Below are positions 18,376-28,421 of a stretch of 64,000 bases of DNA, one piece after another (the first letter of the stretch is position 1; each line of letters starts with the position of its first letter). The DNA is taken from positions 1,575-65,574 of the forward strand of contig CAZJUB010000010.1 of NCBI GenBank assembly GCA_964549075.1. Reading direction: 5' to 3'. The DNA is from an uncultured archaeon. GTDB lineage: Archaea > Asgardarchaeota > Heimdallarchaeia > Heimdallarchaeales > Heimdallarchaeaceae. Both the position numbers and the translations under genes were made by a program. The notes under the pieces are model-generated. The model was given only the letters and a program-made list of their open reading frames with translations. It was not told the DNA's origin and searched no databases.

Positions 18376-20013
18376 TTAATGCCTTTTTTTATTTGATTTG
18401 ATTCTCTTAAATAAATTTTTTAATCTTTTAAAGAATCTTTTGAAGCTAATTTTTATATATCTGAAAAATTCTTTGAAATCCTCTTTTAATCCCTTATAAC
18501 TCTCTTTTTTGAAAACAGCTCTGTAAAAATCTGAAGGTATTAAAGGAGATAATAAGAAAATTAGACCAAGCAGGAATACAGGATGTAAGAAACGAATAGT
18601 AATCATGATTAACCAATTTATACCGTATATAAAGCCGATTAAAATCACAATCCATATAAAGGAAACTATTGTCCAGAAAATTTTATTAAACAGAGGTTCA
18701 GATGATTCTAATACTGGTTTGACTTTGGAGGGATTTTTAGTTTGAATCTTTCGCATTTCTTGTATATTATTTTCGATAAAAAAAACCGAGGACAATACTA
18801 AAAATGGATTGAGGAAAGGATCATAATATTTGAAAATTCCCCTAGAAATAAAAGTATGGACAATTAAAAGAAGCCAAGTTATATAGTAAATAAAGACACT
18901 ATCATTATGCCCTATTTTTTTAGCATTAAAATGACCAACAAACAAACCTAATCCATAAAAAAGAAGAAAAGGTATCATAGGAATATTTATCCATATATAG
19001 AATGTAGCTAATCTCTGTGAACCAAGATAAAGGATAGTATTTGCAAATGTTACTCCGTGTTTTAAAGCTGCAGCACTGTTATCAACATACCAAAGAGACC
19101 TTCCAGCAGCAAATATCCGACCAATATAAAGATGAGGTGTAATCAATATCCAGGGTATTGAAAAAATAAGAAAAGATACAAGAAAAGGTCTTAAGAATTC
19201 TTTAAATGCTTTCCTGAGATCATAAGTTTTCCAGATATACGAAAACAACGGAATAAGAAAGAATAATGGAATTTGTTTTGTTAACCATGCTATTGTAAGA
19301 GAATAAGCTGATAATTTATATCGCTTTTTTAGAAATAAAAATAAAGTGAGTAAAGTAAAGAAGGTCATTTGAGGTGTATTTAGGTAATAAGAATCAATAT
19401 ATAGCAGGTTCATTGGCATAAAAACGCAAGCAAAAGCACCTAATATTCCGAATAGATGCTTCTTCACTTTTGTTTTTTTAAATAGTGGAAAATTAAGTAT
19501 TATCAAATAGATCATAACAGCTGAAAGTGCTTCAAAATTTATTGCTGTCCATTTGATTGCATTGTTTACAAGTAACTCTCTTGAAGCCAAGGGATTAAAT
19601 AAACTAACTAAAAGATATGTGAAGTATAATCCATAGATGAACATCGGTCCATAAAGATAATAATCAAGTGGACCTTCATATCTTTTATACGGATTCCACC
19701 AATCAATGAATGCATCTAAATAGGCGGTATAATAATAACTAGCATCTCCATAAATCTCGAAGTACCAAATTCTTGATTCTGTTATGTCGGAAGGATTAGT
19801 AAAGGTATAATTAAAGTGGTGACTTTCAAAAGGTTGTCCAATGTAACCATGAATCCAATTTGCTATTTTTGAAGTAGAGTAAATAGCTATAGCTAGTATT
19901 GAGAGAGAAATAAGGATTGTTAGAAGAGTATCAATGTTGAAGAATTTACTAACTCTACTGAAAAATCCAAAAGAAGGTTCTATAGTCTCTCTTAAATCTG
20001 TCATTAAATTCAA
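18376..20013 (-). CDS. Polytopic membrane protein, possible GT-C-fold glycosyltransferase (DUF2029/PMT_2-like)
   Basis: More than 10 hydrophobic helices. The first loop is rich in D/Y (GDASYYYTAYLDAFIDWWNPY...YLYGPMF), resembling GT-C first-loop motifs. The C-terminus is Lys-rich. Confidence 0.4.
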   Translation of the reverse strand: MNLMTDLRETIEPSFGFFSRVSKFFNIDTLLTILISLSILAIAIYSTSKIANWIHGYIGQPFESHHFNYTFTNPSDITESRIWYFEIYGDASYYYTAYLDAFIDWWNPYKRYEGPLDYYLYGPMFIYGLYFTYLLVSLFNPLASRELLVNNAIKWTAINFEALSAVMIYLIILNFPLFKKTKVKKHLFGILGAFACVFMPMNLLYIDSYYLNTPQMTFFTLLTLFLFLKKRYKLSAYSLTIAWLTKQIPLFFLIPLFSYIWKTYDLRKAFKEFLRPFLVSFLIFSIPWILITPHLYIGRIFAAGRSLWYVDNSAAALKHGVTFANTILYLGSQRLATFYIWINIPMIPFLLFYGLGLFVGHFNAKKIGHNDSVFIYYITWLLLIVHTFISRGIFKYYDPFLNPFLVLSSVFFIENNIQEMRKIQTKNPSKVKPVLESSEPLFNKIFWTIVSFIWIVILIGFIYGINWLIMITIRFLHPVFLLGLIFLLSPLIPSDFYRAVFKKESYKGLKEDFKEFFRYIKISFKRFFKRLKNLFKRIKSNKKRH

Positions 20014-20069
20014 TATAAGAAAAAATGTTAGAGTATTAAAGCTTACTGAAGAATTTCAGCAGTTTTACT

Positions 20070-20648
20070 TCATAGTTTGAATGATTTCTCTCCTGCTCTT
20101 ATTTGTATTTTTAAGATATTTTCAAAAGGTGTTAAAGGACATGTCCACTGGTCATTATAAGCACAATAGGGATTATAAGCTTGGTTAAAATCTAAGACAT
20201 ATTTGCTTTTCCCAATCTTTTCTAGCTCCACATATCTGCCTGCTCCATATGTTTCCTCTCCACTTGTTAGATCTTTAAAAGGTACAAAGAAATAATCAGA
20301 ATTTGGTTGTAGATAAGCTGTAAGCCTCAATAATTCTCCTTCAACTTCAAACTCAACATAACCAAATCGAAGGTATTTCTGCAAAACACCAGTAGAAGTT
20401 CTAATATCCACTTCTTGTTTTTGGGAATATTCTCTCAATTCTACTTCAAACTTCAGTCTTTCATTTATTTCAAAATAGCTAAGACCTTGAAATTTCTCTT
20501 GCTGTTCTTTAGTTAAAGGCGAATGATGAGAATTTCTAAAGTAATTGTCTTTTTGTGTTCTTTGATTTTCAATAGATTCTTGATAAGTCATTTCCAACTT
20601 TTTAAAATCGTTAGAATATTTATCTATTTCTGCTTTCCAAATTTGCAA
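20070..20648 (-). CDS. DUF1684 family protein
   Basis: Matches to the DUF1684 pattern as I recall it: HHSPLT..F.GL.YFE, FKDLTSGEETYGAGRY, and NPYCAYND.WTCPLTP..N.L...I.AGEK. Confidence 0.7.
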   Translation of the reverse strand: MQIWKAEIDKYSNDFKKLEMTYQESIENQRTQKDNYFRNSHHSPLTKEQQEKFQGLSYFEINERLKFEVELREYSQKQEVDIRTSTGVLQKYLRFGYVEFEVEGELLRLTAYLQPNSDYFFVPFKDLTSGEETYGAGRYVELEKIGKSKYVLDFNQAYNPYCAYNDQWTCPLTPFENILKIQIRAGEKSFKL

Positions 20649-20691
20649 TATACAAAATCTTATTAGTTTCTTGACTTGATTCGAAATCGGG

Positions 20692-21582
20692 ATGAATGGG
20701 CAGAAATCAAATCAGACAAAAGATGGCGTTATCGAAGAAAACAGCTTTGAATGGGTCCTAGATGAACTCCCATTTGGAGTATCTGTTCAAACAATAAATA
20801 GGCAGATTCTTTATGAAAATGAAGCTGTAAAGGACTTGGTTGGATCATATGTTTACAGGCATTGCTTCAACAGATGGCATTATCTTCCTGGAAAAGGGAA
20901 TGAACCATGCCCTGATTGTCCTGCTACAATTGGTTTTCAAGATGGTAAGTCACACAAGGTTTTCAGAAAAACACAGAATAGTAATGGTGAAGATTTATTC
21001 ATCGAAATCCAATTTCTACCTATATTCAATGAAGATAATGAAATCACTAAATTTATTGAAATAATAAACAATGTCACATTGTTAGATAAAGCGAAAGTTT
21101 TAGCAATGACGCCAATTGAAGACATAGCAAATGCAGTTCAATTTTCTTTTGTAAAATTTGGTGAAACAGGAGGAGAAATCATTGCAACCGATAATCTAGA
21201 TTTTGCAAAATCTGAGAACTTAGAAGACATTATAGTTAAAATAACAGTCTATATCTTCAGTGGAGTAATACAAGGTTTTGAGAGCCAAGAAGGTCTTTTT
21301 GGTCCATTTCCAGTTTTAGATAAAACTGAATATCTTATGGAAGCTTACTTATTTAGAATCAAAGATGATAACACTAAAGATCCAAGATTGCAAGGGATGC
21401 AACCTTGTATGATTTTATTCTTTTTTCCTAGAGAGTATTATTTTCTTTTCGAGAGAAGGAATGAATTATCAGATTTTATATCTAAGAAAATTGCTGAATG
21501 GAGTAAACTTCAAAATATTACTGATTCAGTTCATAAAGAATTTGTGACACAAATACGAGAATTGCTTCAAAAATTAATTTAA
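20692..21582 (+). CDS. Hypothetical protein with a PAS-like N-terminal domain and a Cys/His cluster
   Basis: FEWVLDELPFGVSVQTINRQILYENEAVKDLVG is PAS-like and is followed by HCFNRWHYLPGKGNEPCPDCP. The C-terminal half is unassigned. Confidence 0.35.
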   Translation: MNGQKSNQTKDGVIEENSFEWVLDELPFGVSVQTINRQILYENEAVKDLVGSYVYRHCFNRWHYLPGKGNEPCPDCPATIGFQDGKSHKVFRKTQNSNGEDLFIEIQFLPIFNEDNEITKFIEIINNVTLLDKAKVLAMTPIEDIANAVQFSFVKFGETGGEIIATDNLDFAKSENLEDIIVKITVYIFSGVIQGFESQEGLFGPFPVLDKTEYLMEAYLFRIKDDNTKDPRLQGMQPCMILFFFPREYYFLFERRNELSDFISKKIAEWSKLQNITDSVHKEFVTQIRELLQKLI

Positions 21583-21630
21583 AAATAAAAAGAGAACGAA
21601 TATAGTGTAAAACTCTTTTACACTGTTATA

Positions 21631-22047
21631 TTAGTATGAATTACGTTTTCTATTAAATCTACGATGACTTTCGTGTTCTGCTAAGGAGATATTGTTTTCA
21701 GAATTGATATCTTCTAGCTTTTCTTCAGAATCTTCAATTATTCCTTGTCTTCCTAAAGATAATCTAATATTTTTTTTGTACAAAATAGTTTTAGCTTTCA
21801 GAAATTGATATGTCTCATCTGGTTGTAATTTTTCTATTTGTTCATTCCAAGCTGAGAAATATAGAACACCAGTATCATCTCCAATTAGAACATCCATTAC
21901 TTTATGCTCTTCACCAGAATTTCTGTTTGTAACTGTTCTTTCTTCTCCTTTTTCCAGTACTTTTGCTACTAGATTAATATCTCGGACATTAGGTTCGATT
22001 TCACTAACTTTCAAATAACTTACTTCTTCTTCACTCAATTTGGTCAC
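21631..22047 (-). CDS. Single-OB-fold ssDNA-binding protein (NABP/SOSS-B-like SSB)
   Basis: The OB-fold pattern INLVAKVLEKGEERTV...HKVMDVLIGDDTGVLYFSAWNEQIEKLQPDETY..LKAKT..YKKNIRLSLG parallels human SSB1-type and archaeal short SSBs. Confidence 0.65.
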   Translation of the reverse strand: MTKLSEEEVSYLKVSEIEPNVRDINLVAKVLEKGEERTVTNRNSGEEHKVMDVLIGDDTGVLYFSAWNEQIEKLQPDETYQFLKAKTILYKKNIRLSLGRQGIIEDSEEKLEDINSENNISLAEHESHRRFNRKRNSY

Positions 22048-22244
22048 TTCAGTTGAGTAATTCTTTGCTTCAAAACGACTTCAATTATTGCAAGAAAGCA
22101 TTTAAGCTGAACTTGAAAATAGCTGAACTTCCATTTTGTATGCTAACTTACTCCTCTATTTTGCATATAAAAAGGATATGTTTTGACAGAAAAGCTAAAA
22201 GAGACTGAAGCTAACAATTAAAAAGTGTAAAATTATGTTAAATC

Positions 22245-23177
22245 ATGAGATATGGGTACTATGTTCGTACTGAATTAAATTATCCTGAAATAAGAGATTT
22301 AACTCAAAGAGTTGAGGGAATGGGATTTGAATCTGCTCATGTAAACGATCATCTCATTGGATTTGATGAAAAACAAGATAAAAAGGAGCCTTATTTAGAA
22401 GCTCTAATGCTAATGAGTGCTTTAGCTACAGAAACAAAGAAGATTAAATTAGGTCATATTGTTCTTTGCAACTCTTTTCGAAATCCTGCGCATTTAGCGA
22501 AAATGATCAGTACTTTAGATAATATTTCAAATGGAAGAGTACTTCTTTGGTTAGGTGCAGGCTGGTATGAGGAAGAGTATAAAGCATATTCTTATCCTTT
22601 TCCGAGTCCTCAACAAAGAGTAGAGGAATTAGAGGAATCATTGATAATTTACAAGAAAATGTTTACTGAAGAAATAACTAATTTTGAAGGCAAATTCTGG
22701 AAATTAGAAAAAAATAGAAATTATCCAAAACCAGTACAAAAACCACATCCTCAAATCGTCTTAGGAACTTCAGGAAAAAGAATGACAGAGATAGCTTGTA
22801 GAGAAGCAGATGGTATAAACCTTCCTTACATTAAACCTAATGAATTAGAAGGAAAAATCAGCATCATAAGAAGTCATCTTAAAAAATATAAAAGAGATCC
22901 AAGTAAATTTGAAATCTCGTATTTTGGTGCAATTAATCTCGTAAAAGATCAAGAGGAGATAGATAAGCTTGTTCAAATAGCAATAGATAGAGCTCCAGAA
23001 GATAAAAAACCCACAAAAGAAGAAGTCTTAGATAATAGCTTCATCGGTTTTCCAGAAGATATAAAAGAGAAGATAAACTCACTAGAAAACAAAGGTATTG
23101 ATAAAATCGTAATCGCTATTAGGAAATCTGAAAACATTGAAGATCCATTAAAGCTATTTGTAGATAAAGTGATGTAG
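22245..23177 (+). CDS. Luciferase-like monooxygenase (LLM) class flavin/F420-dependent oxidoreductase
   Basis: LLM-type TIM-barrel pattern: GFESAHVNDHL, LGHIVLCNSFRNPAHLAKMISTLDNISNGRVLLWLGAGW and PHPQIVLGTSG. Confidence 0.75.
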   Translation: MRYGYYVRTELNYPEIRDLTQRVEGMGFESAHVNDHLIGFDEKQDKKEPYLEALMLMSALATETKKIKLGHIVLCNSFRNPAHLAKMISTLDNISNGRVLLWLGAGWYEEEYKAYSYPFPSPQQRVEELEESLIIYKKMFTEEITNFEGKFWKLEKNRNYPKPVQKPHPQIVLGTSGKRMTEIACREADGINLPYIKPNELEGKISIIRSHLKKYKRDPSKFEISYFGAINLVKDQEEIDKLVQIAIDRAPEDKKPTKEEVLDNSFIGFPEDIKEKINSLENKGIDKIVIAIRKSENIEDPLKLFVDKVM

Positions 23178-23182
23178 GTGAT

Positions 23183-23428
23183 ATGATGTATTCAAGTATA
23201 TTTCAAAGATTGAGAAATTTAATTATTGAAGTTGTAGATGTAAAAAGATATCTTATTACTATTAACACATACTTTGAAGAAGATCTGGATTTAACCAAAG
23301 ATGATTTAAGCAAACTTCGTAAAATGATAGAAAATGAATTTGATATGTCTCTTCCTGATAATATCTTTAAAGAATTTAATACTGTTGGAGAGATAGTTGG
23401 ATTGATAGAAGCTGAACTAGGAAGATAA
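23183..23428 (+). CDS. Acyl-carrier-protein-like small protein lacking the canonical DSL serine
   Basis: At 81 aa, FEEDLDLTKDDLSKLRKMIENEFDMSLPDNIFKEFNTVGEIVGLIE aligns to the ACP helix II-IV pattern. The D-S-L position reads T-K-D. It starts 5 nt after the LLM gene stop. Confidence 0.45.
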   Translation: MMYSSIFQRLRNLIIEVVDVKRYLITINTYFEEDLDLTKDDLSKLRKMIENEFDMSLPDNIFKEFNTVGEIVGLIEAELGR

Positions 23429-23440
23429 AGAAAAGAAGAA

Positions 23441-24724
23441 CTAGAGGATTTTTTCTCCTTCTTCTAAACTTAACATTGTAAATCCACTAATCATTTTGGG
23501 ATAGAAATCAGTAGCTTTTTGAGGCATTCTCTCTCCATTCTTAGCAACTTTGAGAACTTGTTCAGCACTTGTTGGATTAAGTAGAAATGCAACCTGATAA
23601 GTACCTTTATCGACTTCCTCTACAGCTTCATTCCACCATCGTTCATAGAAGATATCATCATTTATACGTAAATCCCCTAATTCCATTATACCGCTGAAGA
23701 TCATATCTCTAAGTATAACAACATCTAAAGCTTTGAAATCATCACTTACATCGCCAACATAACGATTTATTGATGATGGATCTTTCAGAATTAGAGAAAC
23801 AGCTCGTCCATCTTGATAAAAAACAAAAGCGTGTTTATCCCTATTGTTTTCCAAAAATTTTGGAATGTCAGTCTTGAGAACTTCATCCATATCAAAGAAT
23901 ATTTTTAGTTCATTCAATTTAGCGTCTGAAACTTTTACTTTAGTTAAACAACGATGTGTAGCAAGAATAACAAGACCTTCGTCCTCAATAGGGACAAGGT
24001 AGGTCATTCTAAATTCAGGAGCATCGTCCGGAGTCCAAGAACCTGCAGCTTGTCTCCTCATATCTCTATATGTAACCGCTGTCTCATACCTGTGATGACC
24101 GTCTGCAACAACTAATTGTTCATCTTGAAAAACATCTTGTACGATTTTAATTTGAGCTTTATCAGATATTTTCCAAATACGATTTATCACCCCTAGATCA
24201 TCTTTTGCATTTATTAATGGAGGTTCTTTACTGATTTCATCAAAAAGATTTATTGTTTTCTTTTCTGGATCTGAATAAAGTATAAAACCAGTTTCAAGAG
24301 TATGTCTGGTTGTCTTAAGCATGTTTAGTCTGTCAATCTTTGGACCTCTGTGTGTTTTTTCATGAGGTAAGACTATTTTTTCTTCGAAAGGATGTAACCG
24401 TAAAGCACCTATGAAACCTTTTCTTATATACTTCTTTCCAAAAAGTTCATATTCTTGATAATAAACATAAATTCCTGGAACTTCATCTTTCTCAAGAATA
24501 CCCTCTTGCAACCATTTAACTAATCGTTGTCTTGAAATTTCGTAGCGATTTTCTTCAATTGGAAGTGTTAATCTGCAATAGTTATATTCGGATTCTGCAT
24601 AATATTTCTTTTGCATATCCGCGTCTATCTTGTCATAAGGCTGAACTATTAATTTCTCAATGTCTCCAGCTTTTTCTGTATATCTTATAGCTTTAAATGG
24701 TCTGACATCTACCATTGTAATCAA
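23441..24724 (-). CDS. DUF1015 family protein
   Basis: N-terminal VRPFKAIRYT and central VADGHHRYETA are hallmark DUF1015 blocks. Confidence 0.75.
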   Translation of the reverse strand: MITMVDVRPFKAIRYTEKAGDIEKLIVQPYDKIDADMQKKYYAESEYNYCRLTLPIEENRYEISRQRLVKWLQEGILEKDEVPGIYVYYQEYELFGKKYIRKGFIGALRLHPFEEKIVLPHEKTHRGPKIDRLNMLKTTRHTLETGFILYSDPEKKTINLFDEISKEPPLINAKDDLGVINRIWKISDKAQIKIVQDVFQDEQLVVADGHHRYETAVTYRDMRRQAAGSWTPDDAPEFRMTYLVPIEDEGLVILATHRCLTKVKVSDAKLNELKIFFDMDEVLKTDIPKFLENNRDKHAFVFYQDGRAVSLILKDPSSINRYVGDVSDDFKALDVVILRDMIFSGIMELGDLRINDDIFYERWWNEAVEEVDKGTYQVAFLLNPTSAEQVLKVAKNGERMPQKATDFYPKMISGFTMLSLEEGEKIL

Positions 24725-24909
24725 ATTAGCACTACGAAGAGTCTATTTTAATTTTTTTGTTAGAAGATGATAGATCTCGCAAAAAACTCAAATTATTTAG
24801 TAAAAAATGATATACCATTTTAAAAGACATATCGTTTTTATGATATATCGGTAGTAAGATTTAACAAATTCAACTACTTGTACTATAAAAAGAATAGTAG
24901 GAGATTAAA

Positions 24910-26367
24910 TTGTTTGGAAATCAAAAAAAAGGTAAACCTCAACATTGTGGAAAAAAAATGCAAAGATTGTATATTAGAAAAGGTACAGCAGAAAGGAGAT
25001 GGATTGCAGTTGGGTATTATTGTAATGTATGTAGAAAAATGATAAAAGATTCCGATTTAGCACTATATAGACGTTCAGAAGATCTTATGACTAGACCAGA
25101 ATTAGTACCTTTCTTATCAAATCCACAAAAAATTATTTTAGATATTGGAGAAAAGTTAACTAAAGTAGGTTTCGGTGGAGAAAGAGAACCAAGGTTAATT
25201 CTAGATTCACTTTTATATTATGATAAAAACAACAAATCCTTTATTCAAAATTCTGATTACATTGAGACATCCAAGACAGTAAAATCACAGAAAACCCTAT
25301 TTTGTGATGATATTAGTCCCAGTCTAAAACTTGATGTAGTAGACCTTTTTCTTACACGTGTTTTTGAGATTTTAGGAGTCAATCCTAAGGATAAATCAAT
25401 CATGATAATTGAAAAAAACTACAAAAACAATTATGTAGAAGCCTTATATGGTAAAAAAAAGGAAATTAACGAAACAACACTTCCTGAAGATATTAAAGAG
25501 AAGTTAAAAGAAAAAAGAAAAGTTGAATATCTTAATTATGATAAATATGTAAAATTTCCCAGAAGAGAATTAAGTTCTCTTCTTTTTGATAATTTTGAAG
25601 CTTCTCAGATCTATTTTTCGAATGGAGAGTTACTATCTTTATACGCGAATGATATGATCACTGGATTGGTGGTAAACATTGGAACAAGTTCTACTAGAAT
25701 TATTCCTGTATTTCAAGGATTCATTATAACTCATGCAATTAATGTAAGAGATATTGGTACAGCACAAGTCTTTGAGAAAATTTTAGAATACTTAGATGTT
25801 CAAAATAATTTTAAAAATGTATCCCAGCACACCAAATATTTAATTCAAAAACGGTTGCGTTTATCTTCAGAGGAATTTTGTTATATATCTTTGGATCCAA
25901 CATCTGAGGAAACTAAATGGTATGAAAATGAGAAATTGAAAAAATATATTCATCTTTTTGAGAATGAATATGTAGAAATGGATCAAATCAGATATTTAGC
26001 AACAGAGATTTTGTTTGAGAAAGAAGAATTAAGTATTACAAAGAAGAAAGGAACACTAACAGATGCAATTATTGAAACTATTCAAAAATGTGATGTAGAT
26101 TTAACTAAATCACTGTATAGCAATATTCTAGTGACGGGAGGAGGTTCGTTTTATGAGGGATTAGCAGAGAGACTTCTTTTTGAATTAAAAGAGAAAGTGC
26201 AAAATCGTGTGGAAGTTAGTGTTAATACCAAACCTAATCGATTGATTTCTTCTTGGATAGGTGGATCAATTCTTTCTATTTTACCGGATTTTGAAAATAG
26301 TAACCTTTGGGTAACTAGAGAGGAATATAACGAAAAAGGTGTTTCAGCTATAGATAGATGTATTTAA
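24910..26367 (+). CDS. Actin-family protein (divergent actin/Arp-like) with a Cys/His-containing N-terminal extension
   Basis: Actin-fold motifs: ILDIGEKLTKVGFGGEREPR (phosphate 1), GLVVNIGTSSTRIIPVFQGF (phosphate 2), ILVTGGGSFYEGLAERL (adenosine) and SWIGGSILS...WVTREEYNEKG (actin C-terminus). The start is TTG with GGAG 7 nt upstream. The N-terminus carries H12, C13, C38 and C41. Confidence 0.85.
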   Translation: MFGNQKKGKPQHCGKKMQRLYIRKGTAERRWIAVGYYCNVCRKMIKDSDLALYRRSEDLMTRPELVPFLSNPQKIILDIGEKLTKVGFGGEREPRLILDSLLYYDKNNKSFIQNSDYIETSKTVKSQKTLFCDDISPSLKLDVVDLFLTRVFEILGVNPKDKSIMIIEKNYKNNYVEALYGKKKEINETTLPEDIKEKLKEKRKVEYLNYDKYVKFPRRELSSLLFDNFEASQIYFSNGELLSLYANDMITGLVVNIGTSSTRIIPVFQGFIITHAINVRDIGTAQVFEKILEYLDVQNNFKNVSQHTKYLIQKRLRLSSEEFCYISLDPTSEETKWYENEKLKKYIHLFENEYVEMDQIRYLATEILFEKEELSITKKKGTLTDAIIETIQKCDVDLTKSLYSNILVTGGGSFYEGLAERLLFELKEKVQNRVEVSVNTKPNRLISSWIGGSILSILPDFENSNLWVTREEYNEKGVSAIDRCI

Positions 26368-26374
26368 GTTTGGT

Positions 26375-27430
26375 TTATTTCAAACCCCAAATTTCTCTCG
26401 TTTTTTGTTCCAATTCTTCAATTCCTTTCATAGAAGGTTTCTTCTTACCTTCTTCTATCTCATGAATTTGTTTTAGTACATAGTTGTTTAATGGAGTTTC
26501 TATTCCAAGTTTTTCTCCTTGTTCAACTATGTACCCTGTAAGAAAATCTCCTTCTGATTTCCTTCCACTTTCAATTGATTGTAAACTTGATGATCTGAGA
26601 TGCTTGTATTTTCTTCCAATTATTTTGACAATTGTATCTTTAAAGAATAATCTAGGGCAAAAGAAAGCATTTAACATCCTTTTATTTATAGTTAAAGAAT
26701 GCAAACTCAAACCATTCATTTTTTGAAGCTTTATTTTTTTTGCATCAGCAATTTTCACTCCTTCAGTAAGAACTGTTAAGAAAGCAATTCTAGTCATTTT
26801 TCTTTTCAGCATATCACCTAGAGTTATTCCACCTATGATTCCAAAAGAAGTAACGGCTATATTTATCAAAAGTTTCGACATTTTTTCATTAATAATATTA
26901 TCAGACCAGAATGCAGGTACAATATTTGATAGTTTTTCTATTACTAAATCATCATCTTTGCCTTTCTTACCATTTAATCTACCATAATATATCTCTCCTT
27001 GAGATGTTTTCTTAGATTCAGCTGGTCCTTTTTTAGAAGCTCCAAAGCTTACAACACAACCAACTAGGTTTTTCTTATCATACATTTCAATTAATTTCTC
27101 TTCATACATTCCATTTGTCACAGTAACAATAGTAAAATCTTTACCAAGTTTTGGTTTTATTCGCTCAAGAGCGTCTTCTATATGAGTCAGCTTTGTGACC
27201 ATAAATATAAAATCCAAATCTTTAGGGAGATCTTCAATTTTAAGAACTGGAGTGAGATTTTTCTTTACAATGTAATTCCCACTAACTCCTGTTACTTTCA
27301 AACCTCTTGATTGAACTATGTTTAGTACTTCTTGATGTTTACATACAACATAAAGAGGGAAATCATTCAAAGCTAAATCTGCAGCAACAATAGTACCTAT
27401 TGCACCTAAACCTACTAAAGCAGCTTTCAT
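26375..27430 (-). CDS. 2-dehydropantoate 2-reductase (ketopantoate reductase, ApbA/PanE) family protein
   Basis: N-terminal Rossmann motif MKAALVGLGAIGT plus an ApbA-like middle and C-terminal domain. The specific substrate is not assignable. Confidence 0.6.
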   Translation of the reverse strand: MKAALVGLGAIGTIVAADLALNDFPLYVVCKHQEVLNIVQSRGLKVTGVSGNYIVKKNLTPVLKIEDLPKDLDFIFMVTKLTHIEDALERIKPKLGKDFTIVTVTNGMYEEKLIEMYDKKNLVGCVVSFGASKKGPAESKKTSQGEIYYGRLNGKKGKDDDLVIEKLSNIVPAFWSDNIINEKMSKLLINIAVTSFGIIGGITLGDMLKRKMTRIAFLTVLTEGVKIADAKKIKLQKMNGLSLHSLTINKRMLNAFFCPRLFFKDTIVKIIGRKYKHLRSSSLQSIESGRKSEGDFLTGYIVEQGEKLGIETPLNNYVLKQIHEIEEGKKKPSMKGIEELEQKTREIWGLK

Positions 27431-27488
27431 AAAATAAAAGAAAATAAGTTTTATTAAAATCTTTCAGTAAAAAACAGAAAAAAGAAGC

Positions 27489-28421
27489 TTAAGCTTCTTT
27501 TAGTGCTTCTATCACTCTTTCTGCAGCTTGAATACTTGCTCTGTAATTTCCTTCAGCTGTTTGAGCGCCTATATGTGGACTGATAATTACATGTTCATGC
27601 CTTAAAAGTGGATTTGTTTCATCTGGGGGTTCCTTTTCAAAAACATCTGTACAATAATAACCTAATTGACCAGATACTAAAGCATCATAAGCAGCTTGTT
27701 CATCGACTAATCCTCCACGAGCGCAATTAATCAGAACAGTTCCTTTTTTCATTTCGCTTATCTTTTTTGCATCAATAATGTTTTTTGTTTCATCAGTCAA
27801 AGGTACATGGAGACTAATGTAATCAGAATTTGCAACAACTTCATCCAGAGATGTCTTCATATCAACAACAGGATTCTCAGGAACATAAGCATCATAACCT
27901 ATAACATTCATTCCTAAAGCTTTACATTTAACTGCTAAAGCTGTCCCTATCCTTCCTGTCCCTATCAAACCAAGTGTTTTACCATCAATTTCCTTTGAAA
28001 ATAATTCTTTCTTTGCAGTTTTGAATGTAGAAGGATTAGCTTTAATTTGACAGGTACCTTTAACAACATCTCTAGTTGAGGCTAAAATCATTGTTAATGC
28101 GAGTTCAGCGACTGAATTTGTGGTAGCGGCTGGAGTATTGACTACTTTTATCCCTCTTTGCATTGTCGTTTCAAGATCTATATTATCTAAACCAACACCA
28201 GCTCTACCGATAACCTTGAGATTTACAGCTTTTTCCAATAGTAAACCTCGAACTTTAGTTGCTGATCTTACTATCATTGCATCATAGTCTCCAATGATTT
28301 GAGGTAACTCTTCCTTTGGAATGTCCCAAGCAACGTTTACTTCTAGACCTGCATCTTCTAATACTTCAACTGCTTTCTCATTTAATTTATCAGTTAGTAT
28401 AACCTTTGCCATTGTTCTCAC
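27489..28421 (-). CDS. D-isomer-specific 2-hydroxyacid dehydrogenase (short D-3-phosphoglycerate dehydrogenase-like)
   Basis: NAD motif GLIGTGRIG and catalytic region CARGGLVDE...SPHIGAQT. There is no ACT domain. It abuts the aminotransferase gene with a 0-nt gap. Confidence 0.8.
   Translation of the reverse strand: MRTMAKVILTDKLNEKAVEVLEDAGLEVNVAWDIPKEELPQIIGDYDAMIVRSATKVRGLLLEKAVNLKVIGRAGVGLDNIDLETTMQRGIKVVNTPAATTNSVAELALTMILASTRDVVKGTCQIKANPSTFKTAKKELFSKEIDGKTLGLIGTGRIGTALAVKCKALGMNVIGYDAYVPENPVVDMKTSLDEVVANSDYISLHVPLTDETKNIIDAKKISEMKKGTVLINCARGGLVDEQAAYDALVSGQLGYYCTDVFEKEPPDETNPLLRHEHVIISPHIGAQTAEGNYRASIQAAERVIEALKEA

Noticed and set aside
22104-22130. Direct repeat agctgaactt x2 with a 16-bp period in the SSB/LLM divergent intergenic region, and tttgtcataaaa x2 at about 30141-30175
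   Set aside because: The repeats are short enough to arise by chance in AT-rich intergenic DNA. There is no supporting evidence of function, so I note them only as possible operator candidates.
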